Assembly: GCA_963768855.1 (NCBI GenBank)
Contig: CAVYJM010000006.1
Span: 768,001-832,000, forward strand
DNA: 64,000 nucleotides
Origin: an uncultured Thermoplasmata archaeon
GTDB taxonomy: Archaea > Thermoplasmatota > Thermoplasmata > RBG-16-68-12
Direction of reading: 5' to 3'
Positions 9,356 to 18,788 of this stretch are shown piece after piece. Position 1 is the first letter of the stretch; each line of letters opens with the position of its first letter. A program made the position numbers and the translations under genes. The notes beneath the pieces are model-generated. The model did not search any database, had not been told where the DNA came from, and saw only the letters and a program-made list of their open reading frames with translations.

Positions 9356-9754
9356 ATGGCCCGCCGGGGTCGCATCGTGGTCTCGTACTTCTCGAAAGAG
9401 TTCTTCGACGCCCTGGCGAGCGCGTTGAACGCAGATGCCGAGTGGATGAAGAAGTCGTCGAATTCGACCTTCAAGGCCGTCATCACCCTCACGGACCGTT
9501 CGAAGTCGTACCTGCTCGACGTCGTGAGCGGACGGGTGGCGGTGAGCGAGGTCGCGCCGGACGTGCCCGCCGACTTCAAGTTCGAGGGGCCGTACGACGC
9601 CTGGGTCATCTTGGGCAAGGGCGAGAAGGACTTCCAGTCGCTGGTGATGGGAGGCAAGATCAAGTTCCGGGGATCGATGCCCAAGGTGATGGGCATGATG
9701 GGCCAGTGGAACCGGCTCATCAAGGTGGCTCAGGAGCTCCCGAAGGAGTTCTAA
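9356..9754 (+). CDS. SCP-2 sterol/lipid transfer domain protein
   Basis: ADFKFEGPYDAW...LVMGGKIKFRGSM SCP2-like pattern; start may be GTG 9377. Confidence 0.75.
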   Translation: MARRGRIVVSYFSKEFFDALASALNADAEWMKKSSNSTFKAVITLTDRSKSYLLDVVSGRVAVSEVAPDVPADFKFEGPYDAWVILGKGEKDFQSLVMGGKIKFRGSMPKVMGMMGQWNRLIKVAQELPKEF

Positions 9755-9919
9755 TCGGAGCTCACGGTCGCTCCGGTGCTGAACACCTTCACGCGCTCAA
9801 CCGGATCGATTCGAAAAACGGTTCCGGCTTGAACCTTCGCCCGTCGGCGACGAGCCGCTCAAACGATTAAATAGCGAGGGACCCATTCGCATCCCAGATC
9901 GGGGAGACCGGGGGAGACC

Positions 9920-11074
9920 ATGGTCGATTTTGAGCTCACGGAAGAGCAGAAGCTCATGCAGAAGACCGCGCACGAGTTCGCCGAGAAGGAGATGCGGCCG
10001 ATCGCCCTGGAGTATGACAAGAAGGCAGTCATGCCGTGGGACATCGTGAAGAAGGCGCATGCGCTCGGCTTGGACACGGCCTTCATCCCCGAAGAGTACG
10101 GCGGCGGGGGCATCGCGTCGACGCTCACGCACTGCATCGTGATGGAGGAACTGAACTGGGGATGTGCGGGGATCGCCACGGGGCTCCTCGGCGCGGGACT
10201 CGCGTATCTCCCGATCATCCACATGGGGACCGAGGATCAGAAGAAGCGCTTCCTCGTCCGCTTCACCGGGCCCGAGCCGCGCCTCGGCGCCCTCTGCCTG
10301 ACCGAGCCCGACGCCGGCTCCGACAACCAGAACATCTCCACCACCGCGGTAAAGGAAGGGAACGAGTGGGTCCTGAACGGTGTCAAGCGGTTCATCACGA
10401 ACGGGGGCATCGCCGATGTCCACGTCGTCTTCGCCACGATTGACAAGAGCCTCCGGTTCCTCGGGGTCCGTGGGTTCGTCGTGGAGCACGACACCCCCGG
10501 GCTCAAAGAGGGCAAGGTCGAAGACAAGATGGGGGTGCGCGCGAGCCACACCTCGGAGGTCCTCCTGGACAACTGCCGCATCCCGGGCGACAACATGCTG
10601 GGCTCCGAGGACAGCTCCGCCTTCTACGGCGCGATGAAAACGCTCGAGTCGTCGCGCCCGCTGGTCGCCGCCGGCGCCGTCGGGATCGCCCGGGCGGCGT
10701 ACGAGTACGCGCTGGACTACGCTCGGAAGCGCAAGCAGTTCGGCGGGCCGATCGCGAAGAAGCAGGCGATCGCCTTCATGCTCGCGGACATGAAGACCAA
10801 GGTGGATGCGGCGCGCATGCTCGTCTACCGGGCCGCCTGGATGCTCGACCAGGGGATGCCCATGAACAAGGAGGCGAGCGAAGCGAAGCTATTCGCCGCG
10901 GACATCGCCATGGACGTGACCACGGACGCCGTGCAGATCCTGGGCGGCGCGGGCTACATGAAGGACGAGCCCGTCGAAAAGTGGATGCGCGACGCGAAGG
11001 TCTTCCAAATCTGGGAAGGCACGTCGCAGATTCAGCGGCTCATCATCTCCCGGGACGAGATCGGCGAGCTGTGA
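9920..11074 (+). CDS. Acyl-CoA dehydrogenase
   Basis: LTEPDAGSD, LNGVKRFITNG, KMGVRAS, VQILGGAGY, IWEGTSQIQR. Confidence 0.95.
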   Translation: MVDFELTEEQKLMQKTAHEFAEKEMRPIALEYDKKAVMPWDIVKKAHALGLDTAFIPEEYGGGGIASTLTHCIVMEELNWGCAGIATGLLGAGLAYLPIIHMGTEDQKKRFLVRFTGPEPRLGALCLTEPDAGSDNQNISTTAVKEGNEWVLNGVKRFITNGGIADVHVVFATIDKSLRFLGVRGFVVEHDTPGLKEGKVEDKMGVRASHTSEVLLDNCRIPGDNMLGSEDSSAFYGAMKTLESSRPLVAAGAVGIARAAYEYALDYARKRKQFGGPIAKKQAIAFMLADMKTKVDAARMLVYRAAWMLDQGMPMNKEASEAKLFAADIAMDVTTDAVQILGGAGYMKDEPVEKWMRDAKVFQIWEGTSQIQRLIISRDEIGEL

Positions 11075-11116
11075 CTGCCCGCTAGGCTTAAGGCCGTCCG
11101 CGGCCGATGCGGACCC

Positions 11117-11728
11117 ATGGCCGTGCCCGCCCTCTCTGTTGCCGCCCCGCTTCCGGAACCGCTGCGTCTCCCGCGCGGAAGTGTCCACGGCCTGCTCGTG
11201 ATCGTCCTCATGGGCACGTTCGTGTATCTCCTCAACCGCGACCGCGCCGCGCCCCAGGTCCTGGTGAACGCCGTGGTCGTCTGCCTCGCGTTCTACTTCG
11301 GGAGTCACGGGACGATTCCGGCCGGCCTTGGAGCCTCCGGGGGCACGTCGAGCCCCGGGAGGCGCCCCCGGATCGTCCGAGGTCTCCTCCTCGCGGGGTT
11401 CGCCGGGCTCGCGGGATGGTTCCTGTACTCGGGCGTGCCGTTCGACCAGCTTCCCTCCCCGCTGGTCGAGATATGGGAGGTGCTGGGCGGCTATCTCCTG
11501 GGACTCACGCTCTCCTGGGTGTTCCATCGGCGGGCCCATGAGACGGACGCGCGACGCCGCCTGGCCACCGTGTTCCGCGACCTGAGCGCCCTGGGCGCGC
11601 TCGGGTTCACACTGTTCGCGTGCTACGCGATGGCCACGGGCCTCGTGAGCGCCTTCGGTCAGACGGTCGAGCAGGGGCTCTCCCTCGTCATCACGTACTA
11701 CTTCGGTTCGCGGGTCATCGCCCACTGA
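11117..11728 (+). CDS. Hypothetical multi-pass membrane protein
   Basis: About 6 hydrophobic segments; repeated (F/Y)YFGS motif. Confidence 0.7.
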   Translation: MAVPALSVAAPLPEPLRLPRGSVHGLLVIVLMGTFVYLLNRDRAAPQVLVNAVVVCLAFYFGSHGTIPAGLGASGGTSSPGRRPRIVRGLLLAGFAGLAGWFLYSGVPFDQLPSPLVEIWEVLGGYLLGLTLSWVFHRRAHETDARRRLATVFRDLSALGALGFTLFACYAMATGLVSAFGQTVEQGLSLVITYYFGSRVIAH

Positions 11729-11738
11729 GGAGGGCCGC

Positions 11739-12650
11739 CTACTCGGTGATCTCCGCGACCCCTTTCGCGGGGACGCGGAACAGAAGGGGCAGCAGGCTCA
11801 TCCACGCGGTTTCGAAGATGAGAGCCGTGATGGCGGGCAGGCTTGCCAGGGGCCCGAAGACGTTGAAGGCCAAGACCACCGTCAGGCCGAGATTCTTGAA
11901 CCCCGCGAAGGTGACGGCGGCGATTCGCGTTTCTCGAGGAGTCCGGAGGAGCACCGTGACCGCGAGGATCATCAAGCCGAGACCAATCGTACGCGCGAAG
12001 GCCAGGAGGGACAGGCCGGCGGCCAGGCCCGGCTCGCTCAGGAGGGTGGCGCGGGTGGACCCCGCGATGGCCATGACGAGGACGAAGAAGGAGACGCATA
12101 CCGCGACGGGCCGAACCTCATGGACAGGCTTCCAACCCCGCAGCGGCCTCGAGAGGATGGTCGGGACGCCGATCAGCAGCAGCGTCTGGACCGCAAGGGT
12201 CTCCACGGGCACCGCCTCTCCCAGGAACAGCAGACTCAGTCCGGGCACCATGGCGAGTCCCGTGAAGTAGAGGACCGACTCCGAGATCAGGGCGCGCCGG
12301 ACATTCCCCCGGAGGAGTGACGTGATGGGGACCACGGCGACCGCCGGCGGCACGGCCCCCATGAGAACCCACCCGCTGCGGACCTGGGGGTCTGGGGTGA
12401 GGAGGCCGATGGCGATGACGAGCGACCCAAGGACTCCGTACGTCATCGCGGACGAGAGCGCGAGGCCGCGGAGCTCCGCACCCGGAGAGATGCCGCGGAA
12501 GGAGATCTCCGTGAGGGAGAACGCCATGGCGACGATCAGGGTGGCCTGCTGGATGATCCCGGAGAGGTTTGCGGGGAAGCCCCCCGTCAAGAAGCCGACG
12601 ACGAGGCCCGCGCCGACCATGAACGGGAAGTTTCTCCAGAACCGGAACAC
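11739..12650 (-). CDS. Bile acid:sodium symporter-like transporter
   Basis: About 10 TM segments, VPPAVAVVP and FKNLGL crossover motifs; TTTAAG TATA about 25 nt upstream. Confidence 0.65.
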   Translation of the reverse strand: MFRFWRNFPFMVGAGLVVGFLTGGFPANLSGIIQQATLIVAMAFSLTEISFRGISPGAELRGLALSSAMTYGVLGSLVIAIGLLTPDPQVRSGWVLMGAVPPAVAVVPITSLLRGNVRRALISESVLYFTGLAMVPGLSLLFLGEAVPVETLAVQTLLLIGVPTILSRPLRGWKPVHEVRPVAVCVSFFVLVMAIAGSTRATLLSEPGLAAGLSLLAFARTIGLGLMILAVTVLLRTPRETRIAAVTFAGFKNLGLTVVLAFNVFGPLASLPAITALIFETAWMSLLPLLFRVPAKGVAEITE

Positions 12651-12706
12651 GCGGCCACGACCGATGCCGGGCGCTTAAACCTTGACGTCGCCTCGAGCCT
12701 CGCGGC

Positions 12707-13555
12707 TCACAAGCTCACGAGGGCCGCGCCGACGATCGCGAGGCCCACGGCAATCTTCTGCGCACGGGTCATCTCTTCCTCCATCCAGAACCGGCGGAAC
12801 AGAATGGCCACGATCGGGTACGCGGTCGTGAGCGGCACGACGACGGCGAGAGGTCCCAGCCCGATCGCGAGGAAGATCGTGATGCCCGCGGCCGCGAAGA
12901 GGATGAGGGTGGGCTGCGCGGCCCGGATGTCCGCCCGGGCGACGGGCCCGCGCTTGCGGGATTCGCGCCATCCGAAGGCGAGCATCATGGGGGTGGAGAC
13001 GAGGACGTAGATTCCCGCGTTTCCTGCGAATCCCATCGAGGCGATCGCGAGCTTCTCGAAGACGCCCCAAGCTCCCCAGAGAAGGACTGCCACGACCATC
13101 GGAGCGAGCCAGGCGCGGCTGACCGACTTCTTGTCGGACTCTTCGACCCATCCGAGGAGGAACGCCGCGCCCACGAGGAAAGCGATGCTCACGGCCTGGA
13201 GGGGGAGAAGGGTCGCGCCGAGGCCGACGACGGCGGCCACCACCGTGACGACCGGGTACGCGGCGGTGAACCCGCTGACCACCGACGCCTCGCCGGATTC
13301 CATGGCCACGAACCAGAGCATGTTGCCGATCGTCCCGCAGAGGGCCGAGGCCACACCGAAGGCGATGCCCGTGGCCGTCAGGGAACCGCCACCGCTCCCG
13401 AGCAGGAACCAGCCCGCGTAGATCGGGACGCTATAGAGAGAATACAGGGCGAGCATCCGGCCTGGACCCAGCCGGACCGTCGGCTCTTTGGAGAGGCCCT
13501 CGCCCAGGCCGTAGAGCACGACCGTGAGCAGGGCGCATGCGAGCCAGAGCTCCAT
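12707..13555 (-). CDS. EamA/DMT family transporter
   Basis: Two repeats of 5 TM segments, ASVVSGFTAAYPVVT / AVVVPLTTAYPIV. Confidence 0.85.
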   Translation of the reverse strand: MELWLACALLTVVLYGLGEGLSKEPTVRLGPGRMLALYSLYSVPIYAGWFLLGSGGGSLTATGIAFGVASALCGTIGNMLWFVAMESGEASVVSGFTAAYPVVTVVAAVVGLGATLLPLQAVSIAFLVGAAFLLGWVEESDKKSVSRAWLAPMVVAVLLWGAWGVFEKLAIASMGFAGNAGIYVLVSTPMMLAFGWRESRKRGPVARADIRAAQPTLILFAAAGITIFLAIGLGPLAVVVPLTTAYPIVAILFRRFWMEEEMTRAQKIAVGLAIVGAALVSL

Positions 13556-13684
13556 CTCGCCACTCTGCCGTTCGTCTGTCTTTGTCGGTGTCTTGTTCCA
13601 TGTCTGCAGACTCCGCGCGGAGACGCGCTCCGCATCCGAGTTGCGGGTGTCTCTTAGGCCGAGGTTTTCTTAAAGGTGCCGGTA

Positions 13685-13737
13685 AAAAAGTACGTCGCGA
13701 AAGATGAAAGTGGTAGGCGGGAGACGGATCTCCCGCC
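13685..13737 (-). terminator. Hairpin plus T-run downstream of the DUF6159-like gene
   Basis: 9-bp perfect stem GGCGGGAGA-CGGA-TCTCCCGCC (13716-13737); TTTTTT follows about 25 nt later on the minus strand. Confidence 0.55.
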
Positions 13738-13759
13738 ATCTTTGCACTACCTTCCCGAC

Positions 13760-14608
13760 TCACGGGGACATGCCGTACGTCTGCCGCGGAGGCGCGACGC
13801 CGAACATCGGGAGGCCCTGGAAATCCTCAGCGACTTTCCCCGTCGTGGCAAATCGGTAGAGCGCTGCGATCAGAATCGAACTCGCAGCGGACGAGATCAG
13901 GCCGAGGATGATCCAGTACACGACGGCGATCACGAGCCCCACGATCAGACCGACGATCCCCCCGATCACCGCTCCGAGAGCGATCGGCAGGATTCCTGCG
14001 AGGCCCGCGAGGACGAAAATGGCCCCCATACTGAAACCGCCCACGATCGTCTCGCCCCATGTCGCCTTGAAGATGTGGGCGCTCCGCTTCACGGAGGCCC
14101 AGGGACCGAGCTTCTCGTAGACTAGGACCGGCACCACGAAGTACGTTGCCAGGCTCCACGCGACGCCCACGAGCCCGATCACGATCCGTCCCAGGATTCC
14201 GCTCCGCTGCTGGATGGCGCGGAGGATCATCGCCACGGTCCCCGCGAAGAGGGCCCACAGGAAGATCCGCCCCACGTTCTCGCGGGCGATGCGCAGGCCG
14301 TCCCCGAGGGTCGGGTTCCCCCCGTTGAGGCGGATCGTCGCGGCGCCGATCACCGCGGCATTGAAGAAGATCGCCACGAAGAACGCGAAGATGTAATACA
14401 CCGCGAGCACGGGGATGAGGAGCCACGACGAGGGTCCGTTGAGGAACGCTTCGAACCCGACCAGGGCGAACATCCCGCCGAGGAACCCGCCGAGGATCAG
14501 GAGGAGGGCCAGCCCCGAGAGGAGCGGGAAGATGAGGAGCTCTTTGTCCTTTCGCAGCACACGCAAACTGGTTTTCGTCAGTTGCCAGCCGAGTCCGATT
14601 CGTCCCAT
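13760..14608 (-). CDS. Conserved membrane protein (DUF6159-like)
   Basis: MGRIGLGWQLTKTSLRVLRKDKELLIFP, FFNAA, WSLATYFVVP, TWGE recognised as this family. Confidence 0.7.
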   Translation of the reverse strand: MGRIGLGWQLTKTSLRVLRKDKELLIFPLLSGLALLLILGGFLGGMFALVGFEAFLNGPSSWLLIPVLAVYYIFAFFVAIFFNAAVIGAATIRLNGGNPTLGDGLRIARENVGRIFLWALFAGTVAMILRAIQQRSGILGRIVIGLVGVAWSLATYFVVPVLVYEKLGPWASVKRSAHIFKATWGETIVGGFSMGAIFVLAGLAGILPIALGAVIGGIVGLIVGLVIAVVYWIILGLISSAASSILIAALYRFATTGKVAEDFQGLPMFGVAPPRQTYGMSP

Positions 14609-14684
14609 GTCCCTCTCTCCTCCGTTGTGTTGGGCGTTCGAAGAGCCCAGGGTCTCCTAAGACCTTCGACGGCATTCCCAGCTG

Positions 14685-16131
14685 CTACGTGGCGGCGAGC
14701 ACCTTCGTCGCGGGTCGCTTCAGGGCCCGCTTCACGAACGCGTTGAGCTTGGCCTCGACCGCGGGCTCCAGGGGTGGATCGACGACGTGCTCCCGGAGGA
14801 CCGCCTCGGCGCGACGCGCGGCCTTCTCCGCTACGTCCATTCCCTCCCGCGAGATGCGGGATCCCCGCAGGAACGTGTCCGGGAGGAAGTGTTCCTGGCG
14901 GAAGTGGGAGAGGGTGTGCGGGTGGGCGAGGTAGGATCCGCGGAAGCCCGCGGACTCGATCACCTCGGTCGCCAGGGTTTCCTCCGAGACCTCGATCCCC
15001 GTGAGGATGCGCCGCACGGATCCCGCGAGGTCTCCGTCCAACACGAGCTTCGCGTAGCTGGCGCTGAGGCTCGATTCGAGGCTCCCAGCGACGTCGTAAA
15101 TGAAGTCGAACCCGGCGAGGCCGGAGAGCAGGAGCGTCGTGGCCGATTCGGCCCCGGCCTGATAGTCCGGGGAGAGGGCCTCCGTGTTCCCTCCGGTCCC
15201 GCGGGAGGGGATGCCGTAGTACCGCGCAAGTTGCGCGGCGCCCAGGGAGATGAGGCCCGCCTCGGGGGCTCCGAGCGCGACCGCTCCCGTCCGCATGTCC
15301 AGAATCGTCGAGACGCTCCCGTAGAGGACCGGAGCCCCGGGATGGACGCACTGGGCGACAGCGATCGACGCGAGGACTTCGGCGTTCTGCTGGACGAGGA
15401 CGCCCGCCAGGGTGGACGGCGCGGTGCCGCCCGCCATGCATTCCGGCGGCATGATGCACGGCTGTCCCGCCCGCGCGAATGCGACGAGCCCTTCCGTCGT
15501 CTCCTTGGCCAGGGTCAGCGGGCTCACAGGGTTCGTGAAGCCCAGGAGGAGCGGTCGTGCCTCGAGCTCGTCGCGGCCTCCCGCGACGATGGCCGCCATG
15601 TCGATCGTGTCCTGCGCGTATTGCCGGCCCCAGTTGTAGCCGTCCAGGGACTTCGTGCTGAACTTGAATCCGTACAGGACCTCGTAGAGGTGGACCGCCT
15701 CGTTCGGGACGTCCCGCGGCCACACGACCCAGGACGCATGGTCCAGGAACGGCGAGGCGTCGACGAGGCGATAGAAGGATTCAACGTCCTTCAGCGTCGG
15801 CGGGCGCACGTCCCCGTGTCCGTTCTCCACCTGGACGGCCGTGCCCATGCTGCTGAAGTACGTGTTCCCCTCCCCGAAGGCGAGGACGTGATCCGGCGCG
15901 CGTCCGTAGAGGCGGAAGCGGCTCGGCGCCAGGCAGGAGGAGCTGCTTCAGGGCGGTCTCCGGGATCCGGACGACCTGGCTCACGTCGTCGTAGGATGCA
16001 CCCGCGGTCTCGAGGGCCTTTGCGGCCTCCGGGTCCAGGATCCGCACTCCGGTCCGCTCGAGTACGCGCACCGTGGCTGCGTGGATCTTCTGCAATTCCC
16101 CGCGCGTGAAGGGTTCCAGACGAATCGTCAA
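14685..16131 (-). pseudogene. mttB: MttB-superfamily methyltransferase paralog 2, frameshifted near 15933-15936
   Basis: N-terminus (IHAATVRVLERTGV) lies in a different frame from the body (LAPSRFRLYG...GGTAPSTLAGVLVQQNAE); 1 extra base at CTC-CTGC-CTG. Confidence 0.85.
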
Positions 16132-16229
16132 GCTCCCCGTCCCCCCAACCGACCGCTCCCGATGGGACGAACCATCGTCACGTCTCCCCGGGACCCCGTG
16201 GATCCCTGGGCAAACTTTCGCATGGACCC

Positions 16230-16248
16230 ATGGAACTAATAGTTCCAT
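16230..16248. promoter_or_regulatory. Perfect inverted repeat, candidate operator
   Basis: ATGGAACT-AAT-AGTTCCAT in a divergent intergenic region. Confidence 0.5.
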
Positions 16249-16391
16249 CGTAATGACTGCATGATTGCCCCCTTTCCCGGATTCCTCAGGGGGAGTGTTC
16301 CGGGCAGATCGAGCGGACGCGTCCGCAGTTCGGGCGTGAAGGCTATGAGGGCCCGTCTCTCTTCCCCCGGCATGCGAGGTGGGGACCGACC

Positions 16392-16919
16392 GTGGACGCG
16401 GCCGACCGGGAAGTGACGCAGAGGGTCGGGGCGTTGCGCGGGGTCCTCCGCGTCGTGGCCTTGGCTCCCGAGGATCGCGAGGGCCTGATCCGGCACGGCA
16501 CCGCGGCGGCCGCCGAGAACCAGGGCGTGACGGAGGTCCTGTCCCGCCAGCGCGTTCTCTGCATCTTCAAAGACCCCTCGTTCCGTCCGCCGCCGGAGCC
16601 GACGCTCCTCCTGGTCGACGAGGCAGGGAAGGTCTTGGGTCGCGAACTCCTCCCCGGGGACGCGCCTCCCGCGGACCGTCGCGTCGCGCATCTGGGGAAG
16701 GATTTCGTGCTCTTCACCGGGGAGCGGCCGGAAGGGCACTACCGCTTCCTCCTCCCCCCGGTACGGTTCCCCGAGCTCGAATCGATCCCCCGCGTCGACC
16801 GCGTGGTCTCCGCGAGCCCCGACTCGCCGCAGGACGACTACCTACGTGCACGCTTCGACGTGCCGCTGGGACACCGGTACGCCTCCGTCCTCATCGGATA
16901 CGATGTGCGGAATCCTTAG
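16392..16919 (+). CDS. Hypothetical protein upstream of RACo
   Basis: 175 aa, SD-like GAGGTGGGG before GTG, protein-like composition, co-oriented 27 nt before RACo. Confidence 0.7.
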   Translation: MDAADREVTQRVGALRGVLRVVALAPEDREGLIRHGTAAAAENQGVTEVLSRQRVLCIFKDPSFRPPPEPTLLLVDEAGKVLGRELLPGDAPPADRRVAHLGKDFVLFTGERPEGHYRFLLPPVRFPELESIPRVDRVVSASPDSPQDDYLRARFDVPLGHRYASVLIGYDVRNP

Positions 16920-16946
16920 GTAGCGTCACGCGCCTCCCTTCTCCGC

Positions 16947-18788
16947 TTGGCGCAGCCCGTCGCAATCTTCCAGCCGGAGGGACGCCGCACCCGCGTGGGC
17001 GTGCGGGAAGACCTCCTGGACGCCGCCCGCCGATGCGGGGTCGGCCTCGAGGATCTCTGCGCGGGGCGAGGTACGTGCGGGAAGTGCAAGGTGCTCGTGC
17101 GCCGCGGCTCGGAGCTCCTCCGGCCCCCCGGCCCCTTCGAGGCCCACCTCACCAAGGAGGACCGCCAGCGCGGCGTCCGTCTTGCGTGCCAGTGCCGCCC
17201 CGCGGGCGAGGGGATCATCGTCCTCGAGGTTCCCCCGGAGTCGCAGCGGGGATGGCAGCGCCTCCAGACCTCCGGGCTCATGCCCGCCCACGGACTGGCC
17301 CCGGACCTCCGCAGGGTGCGGGCGCCCCGGATCCTCACGCCGGCGCGAATCCGGTCGTCGGGATGGCGGGTCGCACCCGGAGCGCTCGACGCCCTGGTCC
17401 CTCACGAAAAGCGGCGACCGACCGCTCGGAGCCTCGTCGTCTGGCGGAAGGAGGTCCTCGCGTGCCAGTCCCCGTCGGACCGGATCCTCGGGATGGCCTT
17501 CGACATCGGCTCGACCAAGATCGCCGGCTTCCTGATGGACTTGGAGACGGGCGACCCCTTGGAGACCGTCTCCGCCCCGAACCCGCAGATGGTCCACGGC
17601 GAGGACATCATGTCTCGGCTGGCGTTCGCCCGCGGCGGGCCCGCACAGGAAACCCTCCTCCACGAGGAGATCCTCGGGACCCTGAACGATCTGATTCGAA
17701 AGGGGTGTGCACTGGCCCACCAGCCCGTGGAACGGGTCTTCGAGGTCGTGGCCGTCGGGAACACGGCGATGCACCACCTCTTCCTCGGCCTCCCGACGGA
17801 CGGCCTCTCGCGCGCCCCGTACACTCCCTCCACGAAGCGGGAGGAGACGCGGCGCGCCGGCGCCTTCGGGCTTCACGTCGCTCGTGCCGCTGCGGTCGTC
17901 GCGCCCCCGGTCGTCGCAGCCTTCGTGGGGAGCGACCTGGTCGCGGGGGTCCTCGCTACCCGCCTCCATCGTTCCTCGCGGTTGCGGGTGTTCATCGACG
18001 TCGGCACGAACACGGAGATCTGTGCCGGGGGCCGAGGGCGGCTCGTCGCGTGCTCGACGCCCTCGGGTCCTGCCTTCGAGGGCGCGCACATCCGGTTCGG
18101 CATGCGGGCCGCCGATGGCGCGGTGGAGCGCGTCGCGATTGAGCCGGACACGTTCCATGTGGACTACCGGGTCATCGGCCGCATGAAGCCTCGAGGGCTG
18201 TGCGGATCGGCACTCCTCGACCTCCTCGCCGATCTCTTCCGTACCGGGGCGATCGACTCTGCGGGGCGGCTCCAGCGGCGGGTCGCAGCGCGCCGGATCC
18301 GGCGTCTCGGAGACCAGCTCGCGTTCCTTGTGGTCGACGCGGACGAGACCTCGATCGGACAGGACCTCCTCCTGACTCAGGACGACATCGGCCAGCTCCA
18401 GCTTGCCAAGGCGGCGATCCACGCCGGCATCGATCTGCTCCTGGACACGCTCCACCGTCCCGTGTCCGACATCCAGACCCTCTACCTGGCGGGCGCCTTC
18501 GGCAGCTACCTCGCGCCCGAGAGTGCCCGGGCGGTCGGCATGCTCCCGGACTTGCCGCTCGAGCGCGTCCAGTTCGTCGGGAACACGGCCGGGTCGGGTG
18601 CGCGTCTGGCCCTCCTCTCCATCCGGGAGCGCAAGGCGATGCGGGATATCGCGAGGCGCATCCGTCACAATCCTCTCGCTGGCGACCCGCGTTTCCCCCG
18701 GGAATTCGCCGCCTCCCTGTTCCTCCCGCACCGGGACGCCACGCGGTTCCCGAGCGTCACGCCGCGGCGGCGCGCGCCTGCTCGATGA
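16947..18788 (+). CDS. RACo-type ATP-dependent reductive activator of corrinoid proteins ([2Fe-2S]-ASKHA)
   Basis: CAGRGTCGKC...LACQC ferredoxin; FDIGSTK, IDVGTNTE, GPAFEG, GLCGS, LAGAFG, GNTAGSG. Confidence 0.92.
   Translation: MAQPVAIFQPEGRRTRVGVREDLLDAARRCGVGLEDLCAGRGTCGKCKVLVRRGSELLRPPGPFEAHLTKEDRQRGVRLACQCRPAGEGIIVLEVPPESQRGWQRLQTSGLMPAHGLAPDLRRVRAPRILTPARIRSSGWRVAPGALDALVPHEKRRPTARSLVVWRKEVLACQSPSDRILGMAFDIGSTKIAGFLMDLETGDPLETVSAPNPQMVHGEDIMSRLAFARGGPAQETLLHEEILGTLNDLIRKGCALAHQPVERVFEVVAVGNTAMHHLFLGLPTDGLSRAPYTPSTKREETRRAGAFGLHVARAAAVVAPPVVAAFVGSDLVAGVLATRLHRSSRLRVFIDVGTNTEICAGGRGRLVACSTPSGPAFEGAHIRFGMRAADGAVERVAIEPDTFHVDYRVIGRMKPRGLCGSALLDLLADLFRTGAIDSAGRLQRRVAARRIRRLGDQLAFLVVDADETSIGQDLLLTQDDIGQLQLAKAAIHAGIDLLLDTLHRPVSDIQTLYLAGAFGSYLAPESARAVGMLPDLPLERVQFVGNTAGSGARLALLSIRERKAMRDIARRIRHNPLAGDPRFPREFAASLFLPHRDATRFPSVTPRRRAPAR

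Noticed and set aside
9902-9919. Tandem GGGGAGACC repeat
   Set aside because: Only two 9-bp copies overlapping an SD; not informative
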